Positions 51,233-64,000 of a DNA stretch of 64,000 bases are shown one piece after another. Below the pieces are notes generated by a model. That model ran no database searches and had not been told where the DNA came from. It worked only from the letters and a program-made list of their open reading frames with translations. The translations under genes and the position numbers were made by a program. Within the stretch, counting starts at the first letter, position 1. Each line of letters opens with the position of its first letter. The DNA comes from Eledone cirrhosa (taxonomy: Eukaryota): assembly GCA_964016885.1 (NCBI GenBank), contig OZ024752.1, positions 31,930,001-31,994,000 on the forward strand, given 5' to 3'.

Positions 51233-51593
51233 CATATATACACACATATATATATATACACATATATATATGCACATATATATATACACATATATATATA
51301 CACATTTATATATACACATATATATATATACACACATATATATATATATATACACACATATATATATATATACACATATATATATGCACATATATATATA
51401 TACACATATATATATATACACATATATATATATACACACATATATATATACACATATATATATACACATATATATATACCTATATATATACACATATATA
51501 TATACCTATATATATATATATATATAAATATATACATATATATACATATATATATACATATATATACATATACATATATACATATATATATAC

Positions 51594-51624
<31 letters not shown>

Positions 51625-53013
51625 CACACGTGAAGGCGTGTGGCTGAGTGGTTAGAGAATGGGATTCCTGGAACAGGCGATGCGTTATCTCCTTGAGCAA
51701 GACACTTTATTTCACGTTGCTCCTTCTACCTGGAGTTGCGACCGATAGATAGTATTAGCAATAGGAAAGACCAACGGAAACATTGTTCCCTCGGTCCGAT
51801 TTGACGAAAGTCGATCGTTCCTTTTATATATATATACATATATACATATATATATACATATATATATACATATATATACATATATACATATATATACATA
51901 TATACATATACATATACATATATATACATATACATATACATATATACATATATACATATATACGTATATATACATATAAATATATATATACATATAAATA
52001 TATATATACATATATACATATAAATATATATATACATATAAATATATATATACATATATACATATAAATATATATATACATGTATACATATAAATATATA
52101 TATACATATATACATATAAATATATATATACATATATACATATAAATATATATATACATATATACATATAAATATATATATACATATAAATATATATATA
52201 CATATAAATATATATATACATATAAATATATATATACATATATACATATAAATATATATATACATATATACATATAAATATATATATACATATAAATATA
52301 TATATACATATATACATATAAATATATATATACATATATACATATAAATATATATATACATATAAATATATATATACATATATACATATAAATATATATA
52401 TACATATATACATATAAATATATATATACATATACATATATATATACATATACATATACATATATATATACATATATACATATACATTTATATATACATA
52501 TATACATATACATATATATATATACATATACATTTATATATACATATATATATACATATATACATATACATTTATATATACATATATATATATACATATA
52601 TACATATACATTTATATATACATATATATATATACATATATACATATACATTTATATATACATATATACATACACATTTATATATACTTATACATATATA
52701 TATACATATATATACATATATATACATATATATATATACATATATACATATATATATACATATATATACATAAGTTGTAATAAAATGAAAACGAAATTTC
52801 ATTTCTCACCTTAGTACGGCACTCACTGATGATAGCTAACAAGCTTGAATCTAGTACATCGTTCCTGTGTCAGTGTTGAACAAAAAGGTGACGTGGTTGC
52901 CTTAACACCTTACGGCATAAATTCAGGCGGTTCAGTTTGTTTACAAACGAACAAAGCGGACGTTATAATAAGCGTCCGCTAAACTGATACGTACATATAT
53001 GTATGTGTACCTG

Positions 53014-53053
<40 letters not shown>

Positions 53054-53102
53054 TGCTACTGTACGTCTGTATACATATATGTATGTACGTATACATACAT
53101 AC

Positions 53103-53156
<54 letters not shown>

Positions 53157-53197
53157 GATATTAAATAAATGGAAACTATATTTATTAAACCATATTT

Positions 53198-53261
53198 ATT
53201 TCATTATATATATTTCAGGGATATCATATTAAAAATATGGTATGCCTTCATCAGACAAAAT
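53198..53261 (-). ncRNA. Type I hammerhead ribozyme
   Basis: ATTTTGT-CTGATGA-AGG..CATATT-TTT-AATATG..CCT-GAAA-TATATA-TA-ATGAAAT. Confidence 0.75.
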
Positions 53262-54599
53262 ACAATATAAACAATCTTATAAATAGATAGATTTGACATA
53301 CCTTACACTTCAACTTCCATTTAAAAAGTTGATTTGGTAGTGAAAAATGTTAGGGACAGTTATAGAGAAAAAAAGAAAGAAAGAAAGCGAAGAAAAAGAA
53401 GAAATGCATGCAACGAAAAACAGAGAGAGATAGATATAGAGAGATAGATAGAGAGAAGAAATTCATGTAAAGAAAAAACAGAGAGAGATAGATAGAGAGA
53501 GAAAAAACAGAGGGAGATAGATAGAGAGAGAGAGAGAGAGAGAAGAGAGAGAGAGAAAAAATAGAGAGAGAGTGATATAGAGAGAGAGAAACATTGGTAG
53601 TTGGGCACCAGTTGAATGACGTATCAATGATATATTTATTTATTTATTTATTTATTTAGTTCTAGTATTAAGGTAGAGAGAGATATATGTGGTTAGGAGA
53701 GAAAACAGCCGTTACATAGAGAGAAAAGAAAAATATCCAGAGATAAACGAGGCAGATTTAAAACATTATGTTTCATCAATCTAAAAATATCAATTCGTAT
53801 GAATTAGGTATTATAATGTAAATATCAGTATTCATTAATGAGACACGTATCAATAATGTGTGAAAAATAATGATCATATGTCTAGTTTAAAATTCCTAGG
53901 TTTATAATCAGAACCGAGTTAAAAACTTCAAAAAAAAATTGAAATACATAAGTATATATGCACTTTCGTGAAAAAAGAAAAAGAAAATAGAAGGTTATCC
54001 CAGATTCGATACTATAGACATCCATGTGAATTTACGTGATCAACTCTGCAAATTCCTATTTCACATGAAAACATTCTCATTGTGCTATAAAAATTCTAGT
54101 ATACATATATGTGTACATACACACAAATATATATAGAATCTACATTAATTTTAACAATAATATTCTTGTCTTTACTCTACATGATTATCGTTCAAGCATA
54201 AAATAGACAACAGATATCAATATATCAATAAAAATATTAAAAATATTAAAAAATAAAACACAGTATGCCCCGCAAATCAACCACAGAAATCTACCCTTCA
54301 AATTTAATTGACAATATATTGCCAAGTTCATTATAAGCATCAGAATCAAAAGCAAACAAAACAAAAATTATTCACCAAATCCTGTCTATCAGAAATCATT
54401 CCAAAAGTTTAGGATACCCATTTGATCTACAGATGGTCTTATATTTATTATAGAAGTTTATCTAGTGTAAAATTTATTCGATATATTTGGAGCATCATCT
54501 TTTAGGGTAGTTTAATTATTCATGAAGAATGTTTAAAAAAAGAAATCGAAAGATTTATCGGCGAGTTTCATAAATAATTACAAATCATAAGTAAATATA

Positions 54600-55513
54600 C
54601 TACATTTTAAATTTATATTTATATTTAAAAGTTGAGTTCAATCTATGTCTGCAGCAACTGAATAAATTTGTCCGTAAATTAAGGGAATTTTTAGATTTTA
54701 GTATAAAGAATATCTCCTCCGCGCAGAGGTCACATGTCTCAGAAGATGAATTAAAAGGAATCCTCTTGAGACTATATTCCAAGCCGTCGAATATCCAACG
54801 TTATCATGCTTAAGTTGCCAGAGTAAGCCTGATAGTGATGTTGAAGATTTTTTGCTTGGATCTGTGAAAGAATTCTTGTCGTTATTATAGCGAAGTTTAA
54901 ATTCTGTCGAGGTGGAACCAACATAGTTAAAAGAATTTAAGTCCGTTTTAACATTACAGTTGTATATTATATTTTTAACTAAGCAATTGTTATTTAACGG
55001 ACATTTAGATCTATCTCTACAGTTACATTTGTTTACTTTGATATTATTTAGGCTATTATCGGTATTTTGGCTAGGTTTTAAATTCCTATTATTTATTCTA
55101 TTAATATTTTGTGCTAAATTTTTGGTGGATGAGTAAGTTAATTTTATAGTATGTCTATTGAAAATTGAGTGATACTTATGTGTTCTAGGGAAGCGATTAT
55201 CAAGAGCATTAAAAAATAGTTTAGCGATGTGGGTTTTAATGTTTAGTGAGAAAGGGGGGGCAAACCATATTATATTTCTAGTTCTATTTCTTTTTTGGCT
55301 TTTGGAATTATTGTAATGCTTTCTATTATAGTTGTTAAAGTTGTTGCCGTAATTAAAATTGTTATTTTGGTTAGTTTGTCTATTATTATCTATGTACATA
55401 ATTTTATCACTATATCCTGCTCTAGCTAACGCTTCATTGTAATACTGGGCTTTTTCGTCGAAAATCTTTTTATTAGATGAGATTCTAGAGATACGTTTTT
55501 GAACAGAGTTCAC
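54600..55513 (-). pseudogene. PLE RT thumb plus GIY-YIG endonuclease, 5'-truncated, one frameshift near 54785
   Basis: RISRISSN..F...YNEALARAGY; RNIIWFAPPFS; CNCRDRSKCPLNNNCL; NIIYNC...YVGSTSTEFKLRY; CDLCAEE...LNLRTNLFSCCRH. Confidence 0.88.
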
Positions 55514-55866
55514 TATAGTAGCCCAACTACCTATTTTTCTCTCTATATATATCTATCTATATCTATCTCTCTCTATTTTTTCTCTCTCTCTCTCTCTCTC
55601 TATCTATCTCCCTCTGTTTTTTCTCTCTCTATCTATCTCTCTCTGTTTTTTCATTACATGAATTTCTTCTCTCTATCTATCTCTCTATATCTATCTCTCT
55701 CTGTTTTTCGTTGCATGCATTTCTTCTTTTTCTTCGCTTTCTTTCTTTCTTTCTTTTTTTCTCTATAACTGTCCCTAACATTTTTCACTACCAAATCAAC
55801 TTTTTAAATGGAAGTTGAAGTGTAAGATATGTCAAATCTATCTATTTATAAGACTGTTTATATTGT

Positions 55867-55930
55867 ATTTTGTCTGATGAAGGCATACCATATTTTTAAT
55901 ATGATATCCCTGAAATATATATAATGAAAT
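55867..55930 (+). ncRNA. Type I hammerhead ribozyme
   Basis: Mirror of 53198-53261. Confidence 0.75.
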
Positions 55931-56414
55931 AAATATGGTTTTATAAATATAGTTTCCATTTATTTAATATCGTAAATATACTCCAAATACTTGTTGAGTG
56001 CTTTTATATCAGTTATAAATATTTACTCGTTGTAACCCAACAATTTAAATAAAACTTTGCATATATATATATATGCTTTCTAGAAGTCTTATATATTTTT
56101 ATGTGGGCTGATAGAGGGCGGTTTAAGGATTTACAGAAACCCAAGAAGCTAGATTTACCATCTTTCTAGCGGGTCCGGGTATGCTTTTTACATTCATTTG
56201 ATTTATTGATTTATTGATATTTTATCTGAGTGTCCCGAATCTTCCATATCGTAATTTTTCGGTCGTATGGTTGATTTTAGACATGTTCTATGTGTGTCGG
56301 TATTTTACCGATAGTTATAGCTCTGATTTATCTGAATTATTGAGCCCTCTGCCGCTCATTTCGAATTTTGTTTATCGTGAACTCGTGCGCCGATTTTTCG
56401 ATACTCGATTATTC

Positions 56415-56456
<42 letters not shown>

Positions 56457-57049
56457 GAGTTAAACAAGGTTCATATGAATTATCTAAGAATGAGTTTTAC
56501 ACACTTATATATGTGTGTGTTTGTATTTGTATGTATGTGTATATATGTATATGTGTGTGTATATATGTATATGTGTGTGTGTATGTATATGTGTATGCGT
56601 ATGTATGTGTTCATGTATTTGTGTATGTATATTTATGTATGAGAGTGTGTGTATGTTATTATTTTTACGTATGTATGTGTACGTGCATTTGTGTGTATTG
56701 CTTACCACGTGTGTTTGTTCATTTATTTGTAGCCTGTATCGCTGTCAAAACTATAATAATCTTTATATTCATTTTTATTATTTTTTTATTATTATATATT
56801 TGTTCTTATATTTATTTGTGTGTGTGAGTATGTAGGTGTGTGTATATATTTCTATATTTGTGCATGCGTATGTGTGTATGTATGTGTATGTATGTACGTG
56901 TGGATATACGTATGATTGTGTGTATGTATGTATGTGTATGTATATATGTATGTATATGTATGTGTATGTATATATATGTGTGTGTATATATATGTATCTG
57001 TGTGTCTATATGTATATGTATGTTTATGTATATATATATATATATATTC

Positions 57050-57240
57050 TATTCTAAGGCGGGTAAAATTCCCGAGATCCATGGACGAGTTCTCTCCAGC
57101 GGTCTCTGTCCCTCATTATCGCTGCCATGTCCTGCGTCTCCAATAGACCAGTGTCTGTCCTTAGGGCATCAACATACGTTAACCTTGGTCTTCCTCTTCT
57201 AGTGTGTCCATGTTGGCTCCACAACCGGAAGGTTGTTCAT
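57050..57240 (-). pseudogene. RTE-like LINE extreme 3' end
   Basis: Minus frame LWSQHGHTRRGRPRLTYVDALRTDTGLLETQDMAAIMRDRDRWRELV. Confidence 0.8.
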
Positions 57241-57254
57241 ATATTGTTAAAGTT

Positions 57255-57503
57255 CTTTCTTCACACATTCTGTGACCTCTTCAGTGACTGGGGATTCTAT
57301 TCTTTGTTTTGTGCCTCTCGTTTGTTCTGTCCTACACCATCTTGTTTTTGTGTGTGTTGTGTGCTTAGTTTGAGTATGTGTTACATCCGGGTGTCTGTGT
57401 GTGTTTTTATTGGCAACATGACCCTCCCAAAGTATAACAATACCTGTTTCAACACACGTTTTCAGATAAAGAATCTTGCTGAACAAATTCAGAAACGAAA
57501 TAT
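57255..57503. mobile_element. Rearranged PLE family 1 pLTR: inverted piece joined to forward tail
   Basis: 57255-57405 matches 10250-10400 orientation; 57406-57503 matches 12251-12348. Confidence 0.8.
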
Positions 57504-57814
57504 GTGTGTGCGTGTGTGTCCATATGTTAAACCATTCCTTTAAAATATTAGCTCGCTCAATAACCCCGAGTGCTCTCCTATAAATTAGTATATTTTAGTT
57601 CGCTGCTTTGCAAAATTCTCTACTTAGTATTGAACAGTTAATAAAGTTGGAGTATGATGTCTCCTGTGCAATAATCTACTAGAAGTTACAGATAATGATC
57701 TTAGCAACTCTCGAGCCTCTATATAATCGATAACACTAGACTGCTTAACGGATTTAGTGATGAGGACAACTTTGAGATATCGTTTATGCAATATTTGTAA
57801 ATCATTCTTGTAAA

Positions 57815-57852
<38 letters not shown>

Positions 57853-58448
57853 ATAATAATAAATTTGAAGACTAAAATCCAAAGAGGGCTCGATAACGAT
57901 AAATATATATCAAATATGGAGCAAATATTTATTAAACTCGTTTCAGAAGATCCCGTTAAGGGTGAAAGCAGCGATTCTTTGCTTAAACTTTGATCTGTTA
58001 TTTTAATAAATATATATATATATATATGGATTACCCATGCAGTACGTACAATCTGGACACACTCACACACACCTTGGTATTATGCCAATACTATATATCA
58101 TTTCACACCTTTTTTTATTATTAAGGTTTTTGATGTTCTATTGAGAGAATCGATTTTACTGAAAATATCGAATAATGTACACCATTTCACCAGTACAACA
58201 AAAATAATTACTGGTCCACCCACACACATTCTCACACACACACACGTGTATGCGCACACACGCACATATATACACACACACACATACACACGCGTACATT
58301 AACATACAAAGAGACATATACACACACACACACACACACTTCTCCGTATAAGACAAGAGCTGAAAAATATCTTTTTACATGTTAAAATATCCCCCACACA
58401 CTTACAGACACATTCCTACTGACCATCCCTCTACCACGAATTACTCTG

Positions 58449-58485
<37 letters not shown>

Positions 58486-59317
58486 TCTTAATAGGCATTT
58501 GAACTGTCAACAGGCTGCGGTTCGCACACACATCCCTGCTGACCATTATCACAACAACGAACCTCTTTACTACTACTACTACACACACATATTTGTTTTG
58601 AAAGACTTATTTCTCAGTGACTTCTCAATCAGCCGACACAAACCTACATTTGGCGCAAAATCAATTTTTAACATTCACATGACCTCTACCGACCAATCAA
58701 AATTGTTTTGACCACAAGAATTTTTGCAACACGAATTGGCGCAAAACCTATTTTAATACCGCTGGAGCCACTTTTTTAACATAAAAACAGGTAGAATTCC
58801 CAAAACTAATCAGATCAGAGCAAACAACACGGACGGTCTATCTCAAAATTATTTTTGAAAAGCATTAGAAATGCGCAACCGGTAAAACTTTAAACCAAAA
58901 CTGAATACTAACCAATACTATTACTAATTCTCACTTATTCCTAATTAAACTATTTTTCACTGTGAACAATTTGTCAGCATTTTCTTTTCCGTTTACCAAT
59001 ATATATATATATATATACTTTATTTATATATATATATATACTTTACAAGAATGTTTTACAACATATATATATATGTATATCTACATCCATAAACAGCACT
59101 TCTTAAAAGGATTCTGGCTGACACATAAGGCTTACAAGGGAAAAGTATGTGGCCAGCGTTGCTTTGGTGTAATAGTAACACAACCGTCCAGAAATTGTGA
59201 GTTTGCCCCGTTTTCTGTGCCTAGGGGCTCTATATGCCCAACATCTTTTACCATTTAATAGTCAAACATGCGTTGTAGAAGCTTTCTATAAGCTAATATA
59301 TATATATATATATATAT

Positions 59318-59520
59318 GAAAAGAGTAAGGACCCCGACGGATGAACTCCGGCCGTTTCGACAGCTAGATCAGATATAGCTAGGTTCAGATCTAGCTGTCG
59401 AAACGACCGGAGCTCAGCCGTCGGTGTCATGACTCTTTTCCTACTACCCACTCTACTACTCTAAATATTGAGTACTCTAAGGGGTTACGGTCCGCCTGGT
59501 ATCTTATCGCACCCTCTTTG

Positions 59521-59523
<3 letters not shown>
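59318..59523 (+). mobile_element. Family B fold-back plus tail
   Basis: Palindrome 59318-59440; homologous to 28046-28243. Confidence 0.8.
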
Positions 59524-59580
<57 letters not shown>

Positions 59581-59907
59581 TGTATGTGTGCGTGTGGGTG
59601 GGTGCGAGTGTGTATGTGTGTGTGTATGTATGTGATTGTAGACATCTGACCATTTTTGCAGACCTACCAATGAATAGCTATTGTTCGCTTAAACGAACCT
59701 TAAAAATCAGGAGCCCAAGACCCTCCCCCCATGTGATTCTGTCTACAGGCACTTAGCTTGAATTTTGTCTGCCTTTGTTACTCTAAATATATCGTTTATA
59801 ATAATGAATTTCCTTAAATCCATCAACCATTGACCTCCACCCATCCCAATCACCACACCCCCTACCAACAGAAAAGGTATATATACTACCATATTACTTG
59901 GACAGTC

Positions 59908-59958
59908 GGCTTCCTGATGATTTCTCCCGAATGAAACAGTTCTAGTCCTGTAGAAGCC
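59908..59958 (+). ncRNA. Type I hammerhead ribozyme, intact (family C; element 59900-60042)
   Basis: GGCTTC-CTGATGA-TTTC-TCCC-GAAT-GAAA-CAG-TTCTAGTC-CTG-TA-GAAGCC. Confidence 0.88.
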
Positions 59959-60829
59959 ATTTCTATATTAAATATTTATACTCTGCTATGTATTGAGTAC
60001 CTTACTTACTGTGGTTTGCCCCGATTGAACCCGGGATAAACTTTATATATATATATTACATAATGCATAAAACCATTTATCAATATCTAATGTAGACAAG
60101 AAACGTTATCACCATTATCATAGTGAATACTTACCTATCTTGTGATTCCATTAAAAAGTTCATTGATCCCCGCCGACATCTTATTTTACTTTTACATAAT
60201 TCTATATTTTCATGAACATTTAAGTCTTCTTGATTATTTTTTAAAAAATGAAGCATTCAGATAAATAAAGAATCAACTGGAATATTAGACAAATCCAATA
60301 TGGAGGCTGTTATATAATTACTGAGAAGATAACAAATTTTATATTAGAATATGTTTTCTTTTTTATTCAAATGTGATACAAGAAAAGCATCATTCGGGTA
60401 TCTTTAAAAAGCCAACAATTATGCGACAATACAAGAATTCTATTTCTATTTCTTTAAGACATGGATTTGTTGAAAATAAAGTTCCATTAGAAAATTTGAT
60501 ATCAATTGAAGTTAATGGTGTTAGCATTGTTTACAGACACCATCTTGTATTATGCCACGTTTTGTCTGATTGAGTGTTTGTGTTTGGAGAGGGGTTGATT
60601 TTAAAATACAGTAAGGAAAAATATTGCCATGTGAGTGATAGTTAAAAATAGGGTTTGGTACGACTGAGTGACCGAGTTATATTGAAGCATAAGGATATTT
60701 ATTGCCCTTTTTAATAGAAGGGAATAGGATATCATCGGTATTATATTATCCCCAACGACATTCTGAAAACAGAAACATTACAAAGCTATATATACACATT
60801 GAGTACATAAAGGTGTCAAAGGTACGTAT

Positions 60830-60995
60830 TTCCCAATGCACAATAAACCCAGTGGAAGTTGGTGCACAAGGATTTGTCACAGCTTCCATGCACCAACTAC
60901 CAGGTCAGCTTAGAACCAAAAGTCAGAAAAGAACAGAGACGGCTGTGGAAAACTCAATGTGGCTTTGGTTAAAAAGGAATGACAACTGGAACTAA
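60830..60995 (+). pseudogene. C-terminal fragment of a restriction-like-endonuclease non-LTR retrotransposon (HERO-like)
   Basis: PVEVGAQGFVTASMHQL...ENSMWLWLKRNDNW resembles the P.EVG.RGF...S.WLW.KR terminus. Confidence 0.6.
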
Positions 60996-61226
60996 GCTAT
61001 GTGACATCAAGTCACGAACATTGATTAAACTAACAATGCACATAGATGTGAAGTGTTAGTTCCACCGGCGGTCTTTGTGACTGAGGGGTGTAAACCAGAG
61101 GAATAAGCCAGACTGAGGCGTGTAAACCACAGGAATAAGCCATAAAATTACCGGATATCCGGCTCAAGGAGAAAACAGGAGAACACTTGCCAAAAATTAA
61201 GAAATTGCGAAAATGAATACAATATA

Positions 61227-61324
61227 TAGGGTGTCCCAAAAATGTATATACACTTTGATTACCTGCACAGGCAATATTTATTAGAATGGTGTTGAATTGT
61301 GTATACAATTTTTTGGACATCCTG
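61227..61324. mobile_element. Tc1/mariner-type MITE remnant
   Basis: TIRs (T/C)AGGGTGTCCCAAAAATGTATA and TATACAATTTTTTGGACATCCTG, flanked by TA on both sides. Confidence 0.7.
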
Positions 61325-62751
61325 TATTTATATATTTACATATATGTAAAATACTCCATTAGATATTAGCATGATAAACATTGGCGATAGCAGAATATTA
61401 TATCTATATTATATTTTACTATCGTCAATGTTAACTTTACCTTTCATCCTTACGGGGTCGATAAAATAAAGTACCAGTAATGCACTGGGGTATTTGATGG
61501 CCTTGTGCCAAAAGTAGAAACAATTATTTCTGTATAATAGAAATGTAACAGCCGTGTTTTGAATGTTAAACTTTACGAAGATATCCTTATTTACATTTTT
61601 TCAATAGACGACATTTAACCATGTATGTGTCTAACGAAGGGTATGCATGTGAGTGTGTATGTGAAGGCTTCTCTGCTCTCTTGAGTTCAAATCTCGCCGA
61701 GGTTAACTTTGCCTCTCGTCCATTGAAGGTCGATAAAAAAGTACTAGTCTCATACTGGGTTGATTCATCGTTTATATCACTTTACCACTTCCATGTTCGC
61801 ACTCTCTCTCTATACGTCTCGGGAAGAAATCTGCTGTATTCAGACATGGAGAGGAGAAGGGCACCACCAGGTTTGAAATTAGCCAAGAAACACCGTATGT
61901 CAATACAGTCCCCCTACAATTCCTCCAGGAGTTACGGGACCTTGCATGCATAAATGCGCGTCACTAGCGATTGTATGCGTGTGAATATGTACATTCCCAT
62001 GAGTGTGCGTAGCCAGTCGCGTTTGTTTGATTTTCCCCTTGTACTATTTATCTATGGTTTGGCAATATCGGTAGAGCGTCAGACACCATGCTTTGCAGCA
62101 TAGAGTTATGGCCCTTTGTGTTCTGAGTTAAAATCCGCCGACGTTAACTTTGCCTTTCATCCTTACGGGGTCGATAAAATAAAGTACCAGTAATGCACTG
62201 GGATAATCGCTGGCCTTGTGCCAAAAGTAGAAACACTATTTATCGCTCACTTCAATATATAAACTCAATATCTTCACACTATAACTATACGCAATATGTT
62301 TACTGAATATATTTACTCTCCTACGTTACTTTAATTACTACTCCAAGTCAACTCGTAACTGTGCAGCAAATCATTTCTCAAGCTAGTCATGCTAATGGAA
62401 GTAAATCTATTCCACATGTCACCACAATAAATGAAGCTTATCTTTCTGCATCCTTGTTTTACTTTCGCCCTCTCGTCATACGATATAAAGCGTGACGTCT
62501 GACACCAGACAAACAAACCAACCATTCCATTGCCATAGACATATACATATGTGCGCGTGTGTGTGTGTGGTGGTGGTGGGGGGGTCAGAGAGACTTACTT
62601 GCTATATTTATGTGGTTCATTAAATTTCAAATCACGCGAGGTTAAATTGTTCGTTGCTATCGTCTATTTATTTCTACAATTTAAAAAAAATCACCATACA
62701 CTCAGACACACGCGCACACACACACATACTTAGACACACGCACATACATAC

Positions 62752-62814
<63 letters not shown>

Positions 62815-63073
62815 ATGCTTCCAATGTTTCTTTATCTTCTTTATGTTTATTTTGCCTCGAGCTGGCCTTCCTTTTTTAATTTTATTTCATTTCTTTTTCT
62901 TTTTATTCAAATATTCACTTATCTCTGTATATACTGTTTGTTGTCGTTGTTGTTGTTGTTTTATGGGCGAGTTCTCAACTGTGATAATTATTAGATACTT
63001 CCCCCATGTTGTCATAGCTTACTAGCTCTATACTGATGTTTAAATTGATTAGGTAAATAAAAATAAAGAAATA

Positions 63074-63118
<45 letters not shown>

Positions 63119-63126
<8 letters not shown>

Positions 63127-63678
63127 AATGAATAATAACAGGTAGACATCATAATAAGGTAATTTATTCCGTGTGCTTACAAATGTTTCCACGGTGGTAC
63201 TACAGCCTAGTTATGCTATGTGCAAATTTACAACTATTTGCAGAACTCAAATATCCAATGCCGTGACCACTGTTTCCTCAGAGCAGAATCTGCTCTGAGG
63301 AAACAGTGGTCACAGCATTGGATATTTGATGCTCTGAGGAAACAGTGGTCACAGCATTGGATATTTGATGCTCTGAGGAAACAGTGGTCACAGCATTGGA
63401 TATTTGAGTTCTGCAAATAGTTGTAAATTTGCACATAGCATAACTAGGCTGTAGTACCACCGTGGAAACATTTGTAAGCACACGGAATAAATTACCTTTT
63501 TATGATGTCTACCTGTTATTATTCATTCTTTATATACACTCCGGAATACAGAAGGATCAGGAACTAAGTTTCTTCAACAATTCTTCCATAACTCGTAGAG
63601 TAACCTCTTACCGTACGTCAACCATATCCAGTGTAGTAATTAACCATTACTACATCTTGGATAATCCTATACCTAATA
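63119..63678 (+). mobile_element. Fold-back mini-element, family F, with internal 39 bp triplication and tail
   Basis: Arms 63119-63286 and 63290-63535; 3 x 39 bp at 63291-63407; tail 63536-63678. Confidence 0.85.
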
Positions 63679-63719
63679 TATATATATATATATATATATG
63701 TATCTGTATATATATATAT

Positions 63720-63914
63720 AAGTTTCAGGACCCCCGACGGCTGAGCTCCGACTGTTTCGACAGCTAGATCTAGTTCGGATCTAGCTTTCGAAATAGCCGG
63801 AGCTCAGCCGTCGGGGTCCTGACACTTTTCATATTACCCGCTCAACTACCCTAAGTATCGAGTACTCTGGTGCGTTTTTGGTCCACCTGGTACCTTACCA
63901 CTCCTTCTTTGTTT
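63720..63914 (+). mobile_element. Family B fold-back plus tail
   Basis: Palindrome about 63720-63827; homologous to 28046-28243. Confidence 0.8.
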
Positions 63915-64000
63915 ATATATATATATATATATATATATAACACATATATTTATATATATGTATGTGTGAGTATATATATATATATACTCACACACACATA

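Larger units (their letters stand above)
47800..52770. repeat. (TA)n/(TACA)/(TAGA)/(TAAA) arrays with inserts
   Basis: Direct reading. Confidence 0.95.
53154..56072 (-). mobile_element. Truncated PLE of a second lineage (possibly Hydra-clade), asymmetric fold-back
   Basis: 53154-53606 is inverted to 55521-55974; tail 55975-56072; GIY-YIG ORF remnant inside; HHR in each arm. Confidence 0.88.

Noticed and set aside
63291-63407. Three 39 bp direct repeats as a mini CRISPR array
   Set aside because: Contiguous repeats with no spacers

Overview
Very AT-rich, repeat-dominated eukaryotic DNA with no recognisable intact host gene. The SINE types and (TA)n load suggest a cephalopod such as Octopus (inference only). 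Nearly all long ORFs in the track are artefacts of microsatellites or minisatellites. The real content is a set of huge (TA)n-derived arrays into which many Penelope-like retroelement (PLE) pieces and short non-coding elements have inserted. Two GIY-YIG endonuclease lineages are represented. Reading both strands by eye gives roughly 30 type I hammerhead-ribozyme (HHR) motifs or half-motifs from at least 15 unrelated families, about half with an intact CUGANGA/GAAA/NUH core. Most insertions are asymmetric fold-backs: an inverted repeat in which only one arm carries an extra 60-170 nt tail. In about nine unrelated families the tail opens with a covarying RCTC...GAGY hairpin 0-7 nt from the arm boundary. 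In the two related Neptune-like families the tail instead encodes a conserved ORF N-terminus. Three elements are terminally redundant non-coding units of 312, about 465 and 592 nt that look like retrozymes. Also present are tRNA-derived SINEs, RTE-like and HERO-like LINE remnants, a Tc1/mariner-type MITE and several satellites. All structures were derived by manual reading; no folding or database search was run.
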